A stretch of DNA of 50,600 nt from Gammaproteobacteria bacterium. Lineage in GTDB: Bacteria; Pseudomonadota; Gammaproteobacteria; QNFN01. Made by a program: the position numbers and the translations under genes. Below the pieces are notes generated by a model. That model had not been told where the DNA came from. It did no database searches and saw only the letters and a list, made by a program, of their open reading frames with translations. Below are positions 47,649 to 50,600 of the stretch, in pieces. Location: NCBI GenBank assembly GCA_009937385.1, contig JAACFL010000001.1, forward strand, positions 1 to 50,600, read 5' to 3'. Every line of letters begins with the position of its first letter. Position 1 is the stretch's first letter.

Positions 47649-49139
47649 ATGCCATCCCCGTTCGATTACATCGCCGCGGTCGACCTCGGCTCGAACAGCT
47701 TCCACATGATCATCGCCCGCTTCGAAGACGGGCAGCTCGACGTGGTCGACCGACTGCGCGAGCAGGTGCAGCTCGGCGCCGGACTCGACCGCTACAAGCG
47801 CCTGACGCCCGAGACCCGCCAGCGGGCGCTGGAGTGCCTCGGCCGTTTCGGCCAGCGCCTGCGCGACCTGCCCCAGGGCAGCGTGCGCGCGGTCGGAACC
47901 AATACGCTGCGCATGGCGCGCAACAGCGACACCTTCCTGCTGGAGGCCGAGCGGGCCCTCGGCCACCCGATCGAGATCATCGCCGGACGCGAGGAGGCGC
48001 GCCTGATCTACCTCGGCGTCGCCGGCAGCATCGCCGATGACCGGGGGCAACGGCTGGTGATCGACATCGGCGGCGGCAGCACCGAGTACATCATCGGCAT
48101 GCGCTCGGAGCCGTTCTACCGCGAGAGCCTGTTCATGGGCTGCGTCAGCTTTGCCAAGCGCTTCTTCGCCAAGGGGCGCATCACCCGCGCGGCACTGAAC
48201 CGTGCGGAGATCGCCGCACGGCAGGAACTCCAGACCATCGAGACCTTCTACCGCCAGGTCGGCTGGGCCCAGGCGATCGGCGCGTCGGGCACCATCCTGG
48301 CCATCGCGCGCGTGCTGCAGGCCAACGGCTGGGGCGACGGCACCATCACCCGCGCCGGACTCGACAGCCTGCGCGCCGCGCTGCTCGCCAAAGGGCAGGT
48401 GGAGAAGCTCGATTTCGAGGGGTTGCGTCGCGATCGTGCGCCCATCTTCCCAAGTGGCGTCGCTATCCTGTCGGCATCGTTCGATATGTTGCAGATCGAG
48501 CGCATGCAGGTGTCGGACGGCGCCCTGCGCGAGGGGCTGCTCTACGAACTGCTCGGGCGCATCCACCACGAAGACGTGCGCGAGAAGACCGTCGCGGTGC
48601 TGGTCGAGCGTTCGCGGCTCGACACCTCGCATGCCGAGCGCGTCGCGGCGACCGCCGCGATGCTGTTCACCCAGGTGGCCGCCGGCTGGGGCCTCGACGC
48701 CGAGGACGGCCAGCTGCTGCAGTGGGCGGCACGGCTGCACGAGGTCGGCCTGTCGGTGGCGCACAACCAGTTCCACCGTCACGGCGCCTACATCCTGACC
48801 CATGCCGACCTCGCCGGCTTCTCGCGCCAGGACCAGCAGCTGCTCGCCACGCTGGTGCGCGGCCACCGGCGCAAGTTCCCCGGCGTCGAGTTCCGCAGGC
48901 TGCCGGCCGACCGCCGGCTCTCGGCCCGCCGCCTCGCGCTGCTGCTGCGCCTCGCCGCGCTGCTCAATCGCGGCCGCTCCAGCCAGCCGTTGCCCCCCCT
49001 GGAAGTGACCGAGGTCGATGATGTTGTGCAGCTGCGCTTCCCCGAACGCTGGCTCGACGACCACCCGCTGACCCGCGCGGATCTCGACGAGGAGCGCCGC
49101 TACCTCAAGCGCGCCGGTTTCACGCTGGTTTCGGCCTGA
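47649..49139 (+). CDS. ppx: Exopolyphosphatase / guanosine pentaphosphate phosphohydrolase (Ppx/GppA family)
   Basis: Start at [20 protein letters not shown] (ASKHA-fold phosphate-1 motif). DIGGGSTE and a C-terminal HD-like domain are present. Confidence 0.9.
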   Translation: MPSPFDYIAAVDLGSNSFHMIIARFEDGQLDVVDRLREQVQLGAGLDRYKRLTPETRQRALECLGRFGQRLRDLPQGSVRAVGTNTLRMARNSDTFLLEAERALGHPIEIIAGREEARLIYLGVAGSIADDRGQRLVIDIGGGSTEYIIGMRSEPFYRESLFMGCVSFAKRFFAKGRITRAALNRAEIAARQELQTIETFYRQVGWAQAIGASGTILAIARVLQANGWGDGTITRAGLDSLRAALLAKGQVEKLDFEGLRRDRAPIFPSGVAILSASFDMLQIERMQVSDGALREGLLYELLGRIHHEDVREKTVAVLVERSRLDTSHAERVAATAAMLFTQVAAGWGLDAEDGQLLQWAARLHEVGLSVAHNQFHRHGAYILTHADLAGFSRQDQQLLATLVRGHRRKFPGVEFRRLPADRRLSARRLALLLRLAALLNRGRSSQPLPPLEVTEVDDVVQLRFPERWLDDHPLTRADLDEERRYLKRAGFTLVSA

Positions 49140-49209
49140 TCCGGCTGACGGCGGTGGAGCCCACGGGCTATACTCCACCGCTTTGCGAAACAACCGCTTG
49201 GGGGGCGCC

Positions 49210-50145
49210 TTGGCGACCGATGACACCCGACCGGGCCCCGGCCCGGACACCTTTCAGGGACTGATCGACGCGCTGCAGGCGTTCTGGGCCGGGCACGGCT
49301 GCGTGATCCTGCAGCCCTACGACATGGAGGTCGGCGCCGGAACCTTCCACCCGGCGACCTTCCTGCGCTCGATCGGGCCCGAGCCGTGGCGCGCCGCCTA
49401 CGTTCAGCCGTCGCGCCGGCCGACCGACGGCCGCTACGGCGACAACCCCAACCGCCTGCAGCACTACTACCAGTACCAGGTCGTGCTCAAGCCGTCGCCC
49501 GACGACATCCAGGAGCTCTACCTCGACTCGCTGCGCGGCCTCGGCATCGACCCGCTCGAGCACGACGTCCGCTTCGTCGAGGACAACTGGGAGTCGCCGA
49601 CGCTCGGCGCCTGGGGTCTCGGCTGGGAGGTGTGGCTCAACGGCATGGAGGTGACCCAGTTCACCTACTTCCAGCAGGTCGGCGGCCTCGACTGCCGGCC
49701 GGTGACCGGCGAGATCACCTACGGCCTGGAGCGGATCGCGATGTACCTGCAGGGGGTCGAGAGCGTCTTCGACCTGGTCTGGACGCGCGGTCCGCTCGGT
49801 GACGTGACCTACGGCGACGTGTTCCACCAGAACGAGGTGGAGATGTCGGCCTACAACTTCGAGCACGCCGACACCGACGCGCTGTTCGGCTGGTTCGACA
49901 ACTGCGAGGCCGAGAGTCGCAAGCTGATCGAGGCGGGCCTGCCGCTGCCGGCCTACGAGCAGGTGCTCAAGGCGTCACACACCTTCAACCTGCTCGACGC
50001 CCGCCACGCCATCTCGGTGACCGAGCGCCAGCGCTTCATCCTGCGGGTGCGCGCGCTGGCGCGCGACGTCGCCCAGGCCTACTACGACTCGCGCGAAACG
50101 CTCGGCTTCCCGATGCTCGCCGGCGCGGAGGGAACCCATGGCTGA
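49210..50145 (+). CDS. glyQ: Glycine--tRNA ligase alpha subunit
   Basis: [40 protein letters not shown]... is near-identical in pattern to E. coli GlyQ. The TTG at 49210 is the most plausible start; the track ORF starts at 49183. Confidence 0.9.
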   Translation: MATDDTRPGPGPDTFQGLIDALQAFWAGHGCVILQPYDMEVGAGTFHPATFLRSIGPEPWRAAYVQPSRRPTDGRYGDNPNRLQHYYQYQVVLKPSPDDIQELYLDSLRGLGIDPLEHDVRFVEDNWESPTLGAWGLGWEVWLNGMEVTQFTYFQQVGGLDCRPVTGEITYGLERIAMYLQGVESVFDLVWTRGPLGDVTYGDVFHQNEVEMSAYNFEHADTDALFGWFDNCEAESRKLIEAGLPLPAYEQVLKASHTFNLLDARHAISVTERQRFILRVRALARDVAQAYYDSRETLGFPMLAGAEGTHG

Positions 50146-50600
50146 CACCGCGACGCTGCTGGTCGAGATCGGCACCGAGGAACTGCCACCGAAGGCGCTG
50201 TCGCGCCTCTCCGGGGCGTTTCGGGACGGCCTGGTCTCCGGCCTCGACAAGGCGGGCCTGGCGCACGGTCCCGCACGCGCGCTCTGCTCCCCGCGCCGCC
50301 TCGCGGTGCAGGTCGAGGCGCTCGCCACGGCCCAGCCCGACCGGGTCGAGGAACGGCGAGGACCGGCGCTGACCGCGGCATACGACGCCGACGGCGAGCC
50401 GACCAAGGCCGCGCTCGGCTTCGCCCGCTCCTGCGGGCGCGAGGTCGGCGCGCTCGCGCGGCTCGAGACCGACAAGGGCACCTGGCTGGTTGCACGCCGC
50501 GAAGTGGCGGGCCAGCCTGCGGAAGCGCTGCTGACGGAACTGGTCGAGGCGGCACTGGCCGGGTTGCCGATCCCCAAGCGGATGCGCTGGGGCGACCGCG
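50138..50600 (+). CDS. glyS: Glycine--tRNA ligase beta subunit, N-terminal fragment (3' end outside the window)
   Basis: The ATG at 50138 overlaps the glyQ end. [21 protein letters not shown] is the canonical GlyS N-terminus. The frame stays open to the window edge. Confidence 0.9.
   Translation, partial: MADTATLLVEIGTEELPPKALSRLSGAFRDGLVSGLDKAGLAHGPARALCSPRRLAVQVEALATAQPDRVEERRGPALTAAYDADGEPTKAALGFARSCGREVGALARLETDKGTWLVARREVAGQPAEALLTELVEAALAGLPIPKRMRWGDR

Noticed and set aside
47592-49250. 552-aa minus-strand ORF opposite ppx
   Set aside because: It is an antisense shadow of the Ppx/GppA gene, with the same compositional artefact.

Overview
High-GC, densely coding chromosomal segment with gammaproteobacterium-like gene content and order. 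I call about 55 protein genes and see no rRNA, tRNA, CRISPR array, transposase or prophage genes. Most of it is housekeeping:
- msrB (3' end)
- the aapJQMP general amino-acid ABC transporter
- tatD-tcdA
- an RND efflux pair
- dsbC and uvrD
- a hisBHAFIE-tatABC supra-operon
- cysB, xthA, gor and aroE
- a DUF47-pitA pair and ppx
- glyQ and glyS (5' end)

Many long ORFs in the track are antisense or off-frame shadows typical of high-GC DNA, and several true starts lie well inside the listed ORFs.

The most interesting part is roughly 19.1-28.0 kb. A MerR-family regulator there carries a complete CarH/LitR-type cobalamin photoreceptor signature (W-x9-E-H and E-x-H-x-x-G). It sits in the only clearly AT-rich intergenic region of the window.
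- Divergent from it is a tightly coupled operon: FAD-oxidoreductase / DUF1365 / CFA-synthase-like methyltransferase / MFS / SDR, plus two small unknown proteins. This resembles furan-fatty-acid (UfaD/UfaO/UfaM-type) lipid-modification genes.
- Co-directional with it are an exported glutathione peroxidase, a DUF3833 lipoprotein and a chalcone-isomerase-like protein.

I read this as a light/B12-controlled membrane-lipid photo-oxidative protection regulon. Most of its components are functionally uncharacterised.

Other accessory-looking modules:
- a secreted Met-rich MXKDX-repeat protein in an operon with an OmpR/HK pair, behind an 11-bp-phased TCAC repeat array
- a Ycf46-like AAA+ ATPase coupled to a polytopic GGDEF cyclase
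- a LemA / GIDE-like membrane protein pair with a canonical EF-hand
- a double ATP-cone P-loop kinase embedded in a Pit/Ppx phosphate neighbourhood
- a TatC with a 75-aa acidic tail
- a TatD whose catalytic HxH motif is only included with a CTG start

All calls come from reading the translations and the DNA by eye. No database search was possible.
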